From NCBI RefSeq assembly GCF_004010195.1, contig NC_057751.1, positions 14,457,784-14,501,831 of the forward strand: DNA of 44,048 nt, given 5' to 3'. This document shows positions 24,075 through 35,315 of this stretch, in pieces. How positions within the stretch are numbered: the stretch's first letter is position 1; the number at the start of each line of letters is the position of its first letter. Source of the stretch: Chiloscyllium plagiosum (Eukaryota). The translations under genes were made by a program, and so were the position numbers. Under the pieces are notes generated by a model. The model worked only from the letters and a program-made list of their open reading frames with translations. It was not told where the DNA came from and did not search any database.

Positions 24075-24465
24075 CTGAGGGTTTGAAAAGAGACAACGTT
24101 GCAAAACAAAATAGGCCCAAACAAGGAATTAGTAAAGCTTCAACAATGGTTAGTGCGCAAACGTCACTCGGTGTGGTCCTGAGGTACACATACAATGTGG
24201 TGCCAGGCCCGATCTCTGGCCGATGTCAGGTTTAGACCCTCTGTAATTCCACAGGGTACTGAATGAGAGTGGGCAAAGAGTCCTTGTTCCTGATGTGACC
24301 AAACTGTGGCTTTGAGGTGGTTTGATTTGGTCCGTATCACTGAGCACAGCCCCATAACCACCTCCCACCCACCCTGTCCTTTATGAGAGGCAGAGTTAGC
24401 TCCATGATCAAGTTTGGGTGCACATCTGGAAAAGGCACTGCGAACATCTGGCAAAGAGATCTTAC

Positions 24466-24542
24466 CTGAGTGAGAGTCAGTGCCTTTGAGGGAACAGAAT
24501 GAGGGCAATAATCAGGTTCCCAGATACTTTGGGACAGGAATC
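24466..24542 (-). CDS. Candidate exon A of an unidentified antisense nested gene/transcript
   Basis: Minus strand catttgcag|GATTCC...ACTCAG|gtaaga (consensus donor, weak acceptor), 77 nt. Only one frame is open: FLSQSIWEPDYCPHSVPSKALTLTQ. Confidence 0.35.
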
Positions 24543-24752
24543 CTGCAAATGATTATGACGGCTAATATACTTGACTCCCTCGCCACCAAACTGAAATTTC
24601 TCACAAGCATGGAAGCCATGTACCGCAAAATCAGTGGAGCTAGAAAAACACAGCCTGAACTGAATGCCAAGGCATAGCTGGAGTTTTCACTTGTTTCCAA
24701 GCCTGTGTCGACAAATTCAACAAAGATTCATCACAAAGACTGAATTGAGTTA

Positions 24753-25216
24753 GCGGGTTTTGAGAAGATTTGTAGCTCAGGTTGAGGTTCTGGATATAGG
24801 TTTGCTCGCTGAGCTGGAAGGTCCATTTTCAGACGTTTCGCCACCATCCTCGGTAACATCTTCATTGAGCCTCTGGACGAAGCACTGCTGATGATTCCTG
24901 CTTCTGAGGACAAGCCAAACAGAGACACGCACGAGAATTCCTCGAAGGATGGCATTCCAAACAGAACTCTATCAAGAAACATATTGACTTGTACTCGATT
25001 TACCACCCCCGAGAAAAAGAACGGGAAATGACATCACCATAAGAAATGACATCACTACAGGAAATGACATCACCAACCCAAAGAAACCAAATCATGTAAA
25101 TAGAAAGCAGGAATCATCAGCAATGCTTTGTCCGGCGGCTCACTGAAGATGTTCCCTAGTATGGTGACGAAACGTCTGAAAATGAACCTTCCAACTCAGC
25201 GAGCAAACCTACATCC
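24753..25216 (+). mobile_element. Penelope-like (Poseidon-type) 3' fragment with inverted terminal arms and 14-bp TSD
   Basis: Core encodes GQAKQRHAREFLEGWHSKQNSIKKHIDL (endonuclease C-terminus). Arms ~24789-24903 and ~25105-25216 are inverted. Hammerhead CTGAAGA..GAAACGTC at 25143-25176. actgaatt(g/a)agtta at 24739-24752 and 25217-25230. Confidence 0.85.
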
Positions 25217-25546
25217 ACTGAATTAAGTTAATCGTCCAGCACGATGCAGTTCAAATTTGGAAGAACTTCCTGCTCAGTGGGACAAGTGTAGATTTAATGT
25301 AGCTTTGACAGTACAGACTTGATGGGCCAAAGGGCCTCTTCCACCCTGAATGATTCAACATACCTTAAGCCCACTCTGTACTCTTAAAAACAGCTGTAAT
25401 GTGGGAAGCTTGCTATGTAGAAGGAGATACATTCAGGTCACATCTTTTACAATCTCAGGTGGCCTCACAGCTAGTTCTGTCTCTTGAACTACAAGTCCCA
25501 CTCACCTCTTCGTCCAGAGACTTTACTGACCGATGTCAGTTCTCAG

Positions 25547-25774
25547 GCAGGAGTGAGTACTGCAGATGCTGGAGATCAGAGTCAAGATTAGAGTGGTGCT
25601 GGAAAAGCACAGCAGGTCAGGCAACATCCGAGGAGCAGGAAAATTGACCTTTCGGGCAGAAGCCCTTCGTCAGGTCATTTCTGATGATGGGCTTGTGCCC
25701 GAAACATCGATTTTCCTGCTCCTTGGATGCTGCCTGACCTGTTGTGCTTTTCCAGCACCACTCTAATCTTGACT
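25547..25774. mobile_element. Fold-back Penelope-like 3' end (family A), two back-to-back hammerhead motifs, 15-bp TSD
   Basis: Near-perfect ~95-bp arms around a 7-nt spacer (25674-25680). gatgtcagttctcag at 25532-25546 and 25775-25789. Confidence 0.9.
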
Positions 25775-25799
25775 GATGTCAGTTCTCAGTCTGGCAGTA

Positions 25800-26035
25800 C
25801 GTCAGTTTACAAATCCTTTGACTTGGTTTTCAATTACTTCCCTGGCCTCAGCTGCCATATCCCCCAGTCTCTGTAATCCTCTCCAGCCCCATAATGCTCA
25901 GAAATGTCAAAGCTCCTCTAATTCCAGCATCTTCAAAACCTTACTGTCACATTTCGCCTGAGAATGGTCCTGCCAAAATGCCTTGGGGTTGTTTTAGCTG
26001 TGTTAAAAGGTGCTATATAAATGCAAGCTGGTGTT
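25800..26035 (+). mobile_element. L2-like LINE 3' remnant
   Basis: ctctgtaatcctctccagccc and tail aaaggtgctatataaatgcaag. Confidence 0.5.
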
Positions 26036-26104
26036 CGTAAAGTCCCACCCATCCTTTAAATGGATGCCGTATACTACGTTGTCATATTGTAGCTAAATCC
26101 AAAC

Positions 26105-26500
26105 CAAAACAACTGCGGTTGCTGTAAATCGGAAACAAAAACAGAACTTGCTGGAAAAGCTCAGCGGGTCTGGGCAGCACCTGTGGAGAGAAATCAGAGT
26201 TCACCTTGCGGGTCGATTGGCTAACAGTCACTAACAGACCCCATTAATAGCTCTTCACCCTCCTCACCAGATCGTTATTCACTCCTTTGTCTGTCCAATC
26301 GTTCTCTCTCTCTTTGGCCTCTATCCCCACCAATCGTTTACACCTCACCCCCTCTGCCCATCCTTCTTCTGCGCACAAACAGACACGTTCCCGTTACCAT
26401 CAGTTCTGAGGAAGGGTCTCGATCCAAAACGTTAACTCCGATTTCCTTCCACAGATGCTGCCAGACCTGCTGAGCTTTTTCCAGCAATTTCTGTGTTTTT
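26105..26500. mobile_element. Fold-back Penelope-like 3' end (family C)
   Basis: Arms ttgctggaaaagctcagcgggtctgg..ctgtgga / tccacagatgctgccagacctgctgagctttttccagcaa; decayed hammerhead agttCTGAGGA...AAAcgttaact at ~26402-26437. Confidence 0.75.
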
Positions 26501-27591
26501 GGGCCATATTGTCAACACCTTGTGATTGCGTAGTTGGAAGTGCGATACTGCAAACAAGTTGCTACTTGAAGGGTTGTTAGTCTTGGTCATGAACTGTTAA
26601 TTGAGACTGTCGACTGTTATCTGAGCTTCTGCTGTGCAATGGGAGGGCCTTTTTCTCTCCATAACAGGATAAGACAGTCCATTTCTCCTTGAGGTGTTGC
26701 AGCTGCTTTGCCTTTTCTCCCTCCATTCTGATTTTCTCTCTCTTTCATTTCCTTTCTTAATCGCTGCGTCCTCCCTGCTCCCTCTCTCCTTCACATGCCT
26801 TTTGTGAACTTTTACTGTCAATGATCAGTCCTCCATGAGACGTGGTACAAGCGAAACTAACTGGAGAGCTCTGTCAGAGAGCCAGCATCAACACGATGGG
26901 CCAAACAGCCCAGCCAATGTGCTGCGCTGCAGACTCGGAGGATACAATGGAGCTGTTTGTGTCCCACTTCAGTTCCTGCTTTCCTAACCATTGTGAAGAA
27001 GATGTACAACAGCGGGGTGATCGTTCTCATCCAATAACTTGGAATTTTACCGGTTAGTAGAATGCAAAGACCAGGGAAAGGTGAAAAGCCGTGGGCTGTC
27101 AGGTTATTCTGTGGCGCAGTTACCTCCACGGCTCAGAGATTCTTTTTCCACTTCTACTCCCCCCCCCCCCAACCACCTCCCACAACTTCACAAGGAGATG
27201 CAGAAATGGTTTTGAGTGAACAATGAGATTCTTTGTGGCAGCTGCTCAGATACTCTGGTGTTTATAAACTGCTTCATTCAGCTGCAGTCCAAGTTGTGAA
27301 CTCCCTTTCACGGAGCACGGAGAGCAAAGACCATTCATTCTCCTGACACAGTCACTTGTTCAGTCAACTATGTGAATGAGACAAGATTAGCACTGTGGGC
27401 CCGCACAATGCAAGGAACTTTTAATATAGATCAGCAACAGAGCTTTAGATCATATTCTCAGCCAATGAAAACTGTCAGGCAGAGAAACAAAAATGATACG
27501 TTTGGTTTTTTTTCCCCTCAAAAAGCTCTCCCACAATCTGAGTCGACAAACTGCCCATGGCTCACTTTCTCCTCAATCTCCAGGGCAGTGA

Positions 27592-27903
27592 TGAGATTAG
27601 ATTCCCTACAGTGTGGAAACAGGCCCTTCGGCCCAAACAGTCCACACAGACCCTCCGAAGAGTAACCCACCCAGACCCATTTCCCTCTGATTAATGCACC
27701 TAATTGCTATGGACAATTTAGCACGACCAATCCACCCTGACCTGCACATCTTTGGACTGTGGGAGGAAACCGGAGCACACCCACGTAGACACGGGGGAGA
27801 ATGTGCAAACTCCACACACAGACAGTCGCCCGAGGCTGGGACTGAACCCGGGTCCCTTGCGCTGTGCGGCAGCAGTGCTAACCACTGAGCCACCGTGCCA
27901 CCC
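27592..27903 (-). mobile_element. HE1-type SINE
   Basis: Reverse complement of the 7087-7412 family. Confidence 0.95.
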
Positions 27904-28371
27904 GAAACCTTTCCTCTTGCTGCTGGACTGCACTCCCCCAGCTCAAAAACAATCTGCATTTAGATAGCAACTTTAGCGTTAGAAAACATCTCCTCGTGAC
28001 TGTTACCTGCCACATTTTTAACACTGAGGAGACATCACGGTGAGCGAACAAATGCTGAATCAAGGATGTAGGTTTGAAACAGAGATCTAGAAAAGGAAAG
28101 CCTCGAGAGGCCTATGGTTTAGGCCCAGCCACCAGCTGACTAAAACTGGGGGATGTCCGACAGGCCAAAATCAGATGGCTGCAGATTTCCCAGAGGATTG
28201 TATGGTCAGAAAGTCAAAATTTGCCTCTGATGCTGACACTGACTGTCGGTACTCACAGTTGAAACTGGGCACACATCCTGCGGGCCTACAAAGACTCAGT
28301 TGTCTTTGGGAAAGGACAGGAAGAGGTGAGGAAAGGCTATTCAGCCCATCAAGATCTGAGTGCCCCTAGCT

Positions 28372-28730
28372 AGGGGAGGAGATAGCCTAGCGGTACTAAC
28401 ACTGGATTGTTAATCCAGGGAATGTTCTGGGGTCCCTGGTTTGAATCCTGCCTGAGGCAGGTGGTGGAATTTGAATTCAATTTTTTAAAACAACTTGGAA
28501 TTAAGAATCTAATAATGACCATGAATCCAAAGTCGATTGTCGGGGAGAAAAAAAGACACCTGGTTCACTCGTGCCCTGTCGGGAAGGAAATTGCCATCAT
28601 TTCATGTGACTCCAGACCCTCAGCAATGTGGTTGACTCTTAAAACTGCCCTCTGGGGCAATTAGGGACGGGCAATAAATGCCGGCCCCAGCCAGCGAAGC
28701 TCACATCCTGCAAATTAATAAATAAAAAGC
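28372..28730 (+). mobile_element. tRNA-derived SINE (family 2) with a tail shared with the LINE at 5950-6690
   Basis: A-box-like tagcctagcgg, B-box-like ggtttgaatcc; tail gggcaattagggacgggcaataaatgccggcc. Confidence 0.8.
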
Positions 28731-29193
28731 CCCAGTTCACGCTCCTGGAACATTATATCTCCCAAACTGCCGATCTTTTACACAGTAAACTTCCTGAGGA
28801 AGTGGTGGATGTGGGCACAATTACACTGTTTAAAAGACATTTGGATGCATAAATGAATAGGAAAGAATTCTGCAGGCAAGTGGAATTAGTTTAGTTTGAG
28901 ATTATGTTCTGGTTGGACTGAAGGGCCTGTTTCCGTGCTGTGTCGCTGCTGTGCCTGCTTCATTGAGTAATTAAAGCCAAGATGGACCAAATTTTGTTTC
29001 AGGGAATCATGGGATATGGGGCACTAACGAGGTAATGGAGGCTACGCCCATGACCAGCTGTGAACACTCTGAACGTCAGAGCAGGCGCAATGGGCTGAAT
29101 GCTCGGTTCCTGGACCGATTTCCGATGTCCTCCTCAATCACGAAACACGCTCCGAATGAGGTGGCAGAATTTAATCACTCTCTTTCTCCTCAG

Positions 29194-29343
29194 ATCTGGA
29201 CCAGTTATTCTCAGAGCTGCAGTCGTTCCTGAAGGTTCTGGACACAGAGTGTCTCAGCTGCGTGGCCGAGTCGAAGAAGGAGTCGGTGGCGGAGTTGCTC
29301 CAAGAGCTGAACACAAGTCCGTGTGCAGAGCAAACTGGATCCA
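29194..29343 (+). CDS. AFAP1L2-like: AFAP1L2-like coding exon 2 (N-terminal helical region)
   Basis: Acceptor ctctctttctcctcag|, donor CCA|gtacgt, 150 nt, phase 1-1. Encodes LDQLFSELQSFLKVLDTECLSCVAESKKESVAELLQELNTSPCAEQTGS, which resembles AFAP1L2 LEQLLTELDDFLKILDQENLSSTALVKKSCLAELL (recalled). Confidence 0.9.
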
Positions 29344-29492
29344 GTACGTACCGGTTCACCCATGAGGCTGGTGTCATCAATCCTTTTTTTTAAAATTCAC
29401 CCATGGGGTGTGGGTATCACTGGCTTGACCAGGAATTTAGTGCATGCCCCTCTTTGCTCTTGAGAAAGTGCCTTCTTGAACCGCTGCTGTCA

Positions 29493-30110
29493 GAGGCTGA
29501 GGAGTGACCTTACAGAGGTTTATAAAATCAAGAGGGGCATGATTTGGTTCCCCTACAGTGTGGAGACAGACCCTTCGGCCCAACCAGTCCACACCGACCC
29601 TCCGACGAGTAACCCACCCAGACCCATTTCCCTCTGACTAATGCACCTAACTCTGTGGGTAATTTAGCACGGCCAATTCACCTGACCTGCACATCATTGG
29701 ACTGTGGGAGGAAACCGGAGCAGACACGGGGAGAACGTGCAAACCCCACACAGACAGTCACCCGAGGCTGGAATCGAACCTAGGAACCTGGTGCTGTGAG
29801 GCAGTGATGCGAACCACTGAGCCACCGTGCCACCCCAATTGGATAGGATAAACAGACAAAGTCTTTCCCCTGGGGTGGGGGAGTCCAGAACTAGAGGGGC
29901 ATAGGTTTAGGGTGAGAAGGGAAAGATTTAAAAGGGACCTAAGGGGCCCTTTTATGGAATGAGCTGCCAGAGGAAGTGTGGAGGCTGGTACAATGACAAC
30001 ATTTAAAAGACATCTGGATGGGTATATGTTAAGGAAGGGTTTAGAGGGATATGGGCCAACTGCTGGCAAATGGGACCAGATTGGGTTCGGATTTGGATGA
30101 GTTGGACCGA
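29493..30110 (+). mobile_element. CR1 3' end split by an HE1 SINE (-, ~29547-29836)
   Basis: CR1 breaks at gaggggcatg (29540) and resumes at gataggataaacag (~29841). Confidence 0.9.
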
Positions 30111-30159
30111 TTTGATGTTGGTCGACCCACAGTGCAAACAGAGAGTGAATTCTAAGATT

Positions 30160-32070
30160 TAGACCCAGCGGGTGAATACAATGGTGATATATTTCCAAGT
30201 CAGGGTGATGTAGGACTTGGGATGGGAACTTGCATGTGCTACCCTTGTCCTTCCAGACAGTACAGGTCATGGATTTGGAAGGTGCTGTTTAAGCAGCCCT
30301 GGTGAGTTTCTCCAGTACATCTTGCAAATGGTACACACTGCTGCTACTGAGTGTTGGTGATGGAGGGAGTGGATGCTTGTGGATGTGGTGCCAATCAGGG
30401 AGGTCATGCCGGACAAATCTGCTAGAATCCTTTGAAGAATTAATGAGCAGGTTAGACCAAGGAGAGCCAATGGATGTTATCTACCTGGACTTCAAGGAGA
30501 TCTTTGACAAGGTGCTGCACAGGGGGCTACTGAGTAAGATAAGGGGCCCATGGTGTTGGAGGCAAGGTGCTAGCACAGACAGAAGCCTGGCAGAAAGCAG
30601 AGAGTGGGGAGAAAAGGATCCTTCTCAAGATAGCAGCTGGTGACAAGTGGTGTTCCACAAGGGTCAGTGTTGGGTCTACAACTTTTCACTTTATACATTA
30701 GCCATCGAGATGAAGGAACTGAGGGCATTCCGGCTAAGTTTGCAGATGATACAAAGGGAGGTAGAGGGACAGGTAGCATTGAGGAAGCAGGGAAGCTGCA
30801 GAAGGATTTAGATAGGTGAGGAGAGTGGGCAAAGAAGGGGCAGATGGAGGACAATGTGGGTAAGTCTGAGGGCATGCACTTTGGGACAGAGAGTAGAGGC
30901 ATGGACTATTTTCTCAATGGGGAGAAAATTCAGAAGTCTGAAGTGCAGAAAGACTCGAGAGTTCTAGTCCTGGATTCTCTCCAGGTAAGCTTGCAGGTTG
31001 AGTCAGTCATTAGGAAGGCAAATGCAATGATTGCATTTATTTTGAGAGGACTTGAATACCAGAGCAGCAGTGCACTCCTGAGGCTCTATAAGGCTCTGGT
31101 CAGACCACATTTGGAGGATTGTGCACAGTTCTGGGCCCCATATGTCTGTGTGGAGTTTGCACATTCTCCCAGTGTCTGCTCCGGTTTCCTCCCACAGTCC
31201 AAAGATGTGCAGGTCAGGTGAATTGGCCGTGCTAAATTACCCACAGTGTTAGGTGCATTAGTCAGAGGGAAATGGATCTGGGTGGGTTACTCTTCGGAGG
31301 GTCGGTGTGGACTGGTTGGGCCGAAGGGCCTGTTTCCACACTGTAGGGAATCTAATCTAATATCACAGGAAGGATGGACTGGTCCTGGAGCGTGCTCAGA
31401 GGGAATGGTCCCAGGAATGAAAGGCTTAACATATGAGGAACGTTTGAGGAGTCTGGGTATATACTTGATGGAATTTAGAAGCATGTAGGGGGATCTAATT
31501 TGAAACATATGGAATACTGAATGGCCTGGGCTCAGTAGATGTTGGGAAGACGTTTCCATTGGTTGGAGAGACTCTGACTCAAAGGCATAGACTTGGGGTA
31601 AAGAGATGACCTTTTAGAATGGAGATAAGGAGAAACATCTTCAGCCAGAGAGTTGGGGAATCTATGAAATTCACTGCCACAGAAGGCTGTGGAGGCCAGG
31701 TCACTGAGTATCGAGGGAATCAAGGGTTATGGGAAGAAAGGGGAAGAATGGGGTTGAGAAACTTGTCCGCCATGACTGAATGGCGGAGCAGACCCGATGG
31801 GCTGAGTGGCCTAATTTCTGCTCCTGTGTCTTGTGGTCTTATAATCAGGCACATTGCTTTGTCCTGGGTGTTTCTGAGCCTTTTGAGTGTTGTTGGAGCT
31901 TTACCCTTCCAGGCCAGTGAGGAGTATTCCATCACACTCCTGACTTGTGCCTTCCGGGTGGTTTTGGAGAGACAGGAGGTGAGTTACTCACTGCAGTATT
32001 CCCAGCTTCTGACTTGCTTTTGTAGCCACTGTATTTATATGTGTCGTCGAGTTAAGTTGCTGTCAACAGT
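30160..32070 (-). mobile_element. CR1-group LINE (5950-type), split into ~30160-30400 and ~31843-32070
   Basis: MMEYSSLAWKGKAPTTLKRLRNTQDKAMCLI on the right continues as LIGTTSTSIHSLHHQHSVAAVCTICKM on the left. Confidence 0.8.
30400..31842 (+). mobile_element. CR1 LINE (RT to 3' end) containing a 5'-truncated HE1 SINE (+, ~31143-31360)
   Basis: TNLLESFEE..LDQGEPMDVIYLDFKEIFDKV; gtgttccacaagggtcagtg (GVPQGS); aagtttgcagatgat (KFADD); LYKALVRPHLEDCAQFWAP. Confidence 0.92.
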
Positions 32071-32204
32071 AATTTCATGTCCTGGGCTCCCTTAGGAAGA
32101 AAATGTTTGTGCCTCCTCTGTTTCTCTGAAGAGTGTGCTCGGACCTGAACTGCTATCTAAAAGCACAGATAAACTGCTCTTGTTTAGCCTCTGGGACGAA
32201 CTCC

Positions 32205-32450
32205 AGATTCCCTACAGTATGGAAGCAGGCCTTTGGCCCACTGAGTCCACACTGACCCTCCAAAGAGCATCCCACCCAGAGCCATCCCCCTGTAACCCTG
32301 TATTTCCCATGGCTAAGCCACCCAGCCTGCACATCCTGGACACCACGGCACGGCCACTCCACCTAACCCCGCAACATCTTGGGAGTGTGAGAAGAAACTC
32401 ACACAGACAGAGGGAGAATGTGCAAACACCACACAGACAGTCACCTAAGG
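32205..32450 (-). mobile_element. HE1-type SINE, decayed and truncated
   Basis: ccctacagtatggaagcaggcctttggccc...ggagaatgtgcaaacaccacacagacag. Confidence 0.8.
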
Positions 32451-32571
32451 GCAGGCTGTGTCAACTGGGCAAGTGGGAAGTTTAGAAGGGAAACCCCTCT
32501 GGGGACAAACACTTTAGAGCACAGCAAACCAATGACTGTCGGCTGTCTAATGAGAGGTTCTTGTGTTTCAG

Positions 32572-32655
32572 TGGCAGCCGAGGATGCAGATTACATGTTC
32601 ATGAGTTGTGTTACCCTGGCAGAGAATCGCTTGGATATGCAGCTCCCCACAAGTG
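32572..32655 (+). CDS. AFAP1L2-like: AFAP1L2-like coding exon 3 (YxxM motif)
   Basis: Branch-like ctaat, acceptor ttcttgtgtttcag|, donor GTG|gtaggt, 84 nt, phase 1-1. Encodes (M)AAEDADYMFMSCVTLAENRLDMQLPTS, compared with SDEEYIYMNKVT of AFAP1L2. Confidence 0.85.
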
Positions 32656-32764
32656 GTAGGTGGGATTCATGTTCGCATTGTACATTTCCTGGTCAGCCCA
32701 TTCGAGCGGCAATAAATAGCCACAGACACTGCTGTCCTCCTGTCTTTTCACGTTACCTGTGGCT

Positions 32765-33135
32765 GACTGGGTAGCTGTCCTCTTGAATCAGAAGATCATG
32801 GACCAAGTCTCACTCCAGAAGCTTGAATGTGACACTTAGGCTGCCATGCCAATGCAGGCTTGATCAAGTGCTGGACGGTCAGAGGTGCTGGCTTTCAGGT
32901 GAGGTATAAAATGGAGGCCTGAGGTGCAGCTACATTTAAAAAGACCCTGTGGCGCTGCTCAGAGGGCCAGTGGGGGAGGGAGGTTAATCATCAGTGTCTT
33001 GCACAATGTTGATCCTCAGTTCGTGTCAAACATGCTCATTATCTCTATGCTGTTTGTGGGATCTTGCTGTGCAGCCATTGCCTGTCTTGTTTCCTTTATT
33101 ACAGCAGTGATGGCCCTTCACTGACTGTTTTGAGG
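32765..33135 (+). mobile_element. Deu-domain SINE, decayed near-full-length
   Basis: gtcagaggtgctggctttcaggtgag..aaaagaccctgtggcgct..tgctgtttgtgggatcttgctgtgc. Confidence 0.6.
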
Positions 33136-33139
33136 GTTT

Positions 33140-33480
33140 TTTTTTAACCCTTTCACAAGAGCCTTGTTGGCGAGGTGACATCCAAAATTACCCAGAGGGC
33201 AATTAAGAGTCAGTCAAATTACTGTGGGTCTGGAGTCACATGAAGATTAGACCAGGTGAGGATGTCAGTTTCCTTCCCCAAACGGTATTAGTGGACCAGA
33301 TGGTTTTTTTCCGACAATTGACAATGGATTCACGATCATCATCCGACTGTCAATTCCAGATTTTTATTCAGTTCAAATCCCACCATCTGCCGTGGTGGGA
33401 TTTGAACCTGGGTCCCCACAACATTAGCTGGGTCTCTGGATTAATCAGCAATATTACCACGAGGCTATCCCCTCCCCTTG
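33140..33480 (-). mobile_element. tRNA-derived SINE (family 2)
   Basis: Reverse complement of the 28372-28730 family. Confidence 0.8.
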
Positions 33481-33956
33481 ATAATTCCATGAAACAGGAG
33501 CTCTGGAGATGCTGTTTTGCTGGGGGAGTTTATGAAATGGAAGCTGGTTCCAGTGAGAGTGAGCTATGTCTATAGACCTACGAGAAACAAACTTTGCTAG
33601 GCCGCAGAATCTGTCAGCTCCTAGTCCCTCCTATTGGCTCTCATCAATGGGCAGTGGGGTGGGATTTGGTCACCTACTCACTGATATTTTTGGTTAGCAC
33701 AGGCCAATAAAGAGGAGTGGGAGAGTAGGCCCTGAAGCACCTTGTGCCTGTTCACTGATTATTTGTGGCCTATATTTCACATCAACTGCAGCCTCCCGCA
33801 GAGGTGAAGGGGAGGTCAGTGTTGGACAAGGCCAACACTGCTTACTTGCAGCGGTTAGCACGCGATAACAATGCACTGTCAATAATATCAGTGAAAACAA
33901 CGTGAATGTTCCGAACTCTCCCAATACTTTGAAGTAATTCCACTGTTGTCCAACAG

Positions 33957-34048
33957 CGAGCAAGCTGCGGAACGTTCTGGAGATCATCGAAGACACAGAA
34001 GATGTTTCGCCCTGCCCCCAATTATTGGATGATTTCCAAACCAAAGTG
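33957..34048 (+). CDS. AFAP1L2-like: AFAP1L2-like coding exon 4 (poorly conserved linker)
   Basis: Acceptor ccactgttgtccaacag|, donor GTG|gtaagg, 92 nt. Phase 1-0 is exactly what is needed to join exons 3 and 5. Open frame (A)SKLRNVLEIIEDTEDVSPCPQLLDDFQTKV; no recognisable homology. Confidence 0.65.
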
Positions 34049-34164
34049 GTAAGGTCAAAGTTTCTTTTATGAATAACATTAGGACTGGCAATCAAGCTTG
34101 TTAAATCACATTTCTCAGCTCTGAAAGAGTGTATTCCATCAGTCCTGAGAGATATTAGAACCTA

Positions 34165-34340
34165 GGCTGGTACAATTGCAACTTTAAAAATGGGTGGGTA
34201 TATGAATAGGAAGGGTTTGGAGGGATATGGGCCGGGTGCTGGCAGGTGGGACTAGATTGGGTTGGGAATATCTGGTCGGTATGGACGGGTTGGACCGAAG
34301 GGTCTGTTTCCGTGCTGTACATCTCTATGGCTATGACTCA
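34165..34340 (+). mobile_element. Short CR1 3' end
   Basis: Near-identical to 1775-1945. Confidence 0.9.
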
Positions 34341-35019
34341 ATGCCGAAGATGGAGGAAAAGGAGGCCTTTCCTGAGTCCACTTTGCATTCAATGGCTGAT
34401 CTGATCATCTCCACTTTGGTGCTTTCTCCCCAGTAACCTTTGATCCCCTTCCTGATTAAAAATCTGTCTGTCTATCTCAGCCTTGGATCGACTTGATAAT
34501 TAAGCCTCTCCAGTAATCAGCTTCTGTACTCCCACACTTCACTTACTGAGAGGCACATTGCTGCTCTCCAAACTACAATAAAGATACAGGAGCACTGCAG
34601 AAAGTGCAAGAAAATGATTTTACAAGGGACGAGACAACACCCGAGAGGTCTTCAGTGACAAGAGAAAATGAAACAGGCTCAGATGCCTTCCGATTGGACA
34701 CAGAACACTGAGAGATGACCTGGCCAAGGTATTTAAAATTATGACAGGTTTTAACAGGGTGAGTGCAGAGAAGCTGTTTTCACATGTGGGGAGTTCAAGA
34801 CCAGGAAGTTACGATAACTGTGAGTCAACACAATTCAGTAGGAATTTCCCTACTCCATTTGTATTTATCAAGCACCCAAAAGGTCCTTGACAGGAGAGTT
34901 CATCGAACAAAATTTGAGACCGACCTACATAAAGTCAGTGAGTTCAGGAGCTGATGGGTGAACATGCCTTGGTGCAAGTTGGGACACAGTCAGTGCAGTT
35001 TCACAGATTAAAGGGAGGA

Positions 35020-35315
35020 TAGGATCCCTACAGTGTGGAATCAAGCCATTCGGCCCACTGATCCTCTGAAGAGCATCCCACCCAGTCTCGCTCCCCTACC
35101 GTATCCCTGCATTTCCCATGGCTAATCCAACTATCCCACACATCCCTGGACACTAGTAGCAATCTGGCATGGCCAATCCGCGTAACCTGCACAAGGAAAT
35201 CTACGCAGACACGGGGAGAATGGGCAAACTCGACACAGTTGCCGAGAATGGAATCGAACCCAGCTCCATGGTGCTGTGAGGCAGCAGTGCTAACCACTGA
35301 GCCACCCTACCGCCC
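35020..35315 (-). mobile_element. HE1-type SINE
   Basis: gctgtgaggcagcagtgctaaccactgagccacc (reverse-complement head). Confidence 0.9.

Noticed and set aside
26896..27052. Alternative first exon (MGQTAQ.../MELFVSH..., phase-1 donor CCG|gttagt compatible with exon 2)
   Set aside because: No AFAP similarity, the upstream ATG lies in what looks like a CR1 tail remnant, and 1001-1016 fits the family better. It cannot be fully excluded without RNA data.
33792..33853. Alternative exon 4 candidate (ASRRGEGEV...)
   Set aside because: Weaker acceptor and donor than 33957-34048.
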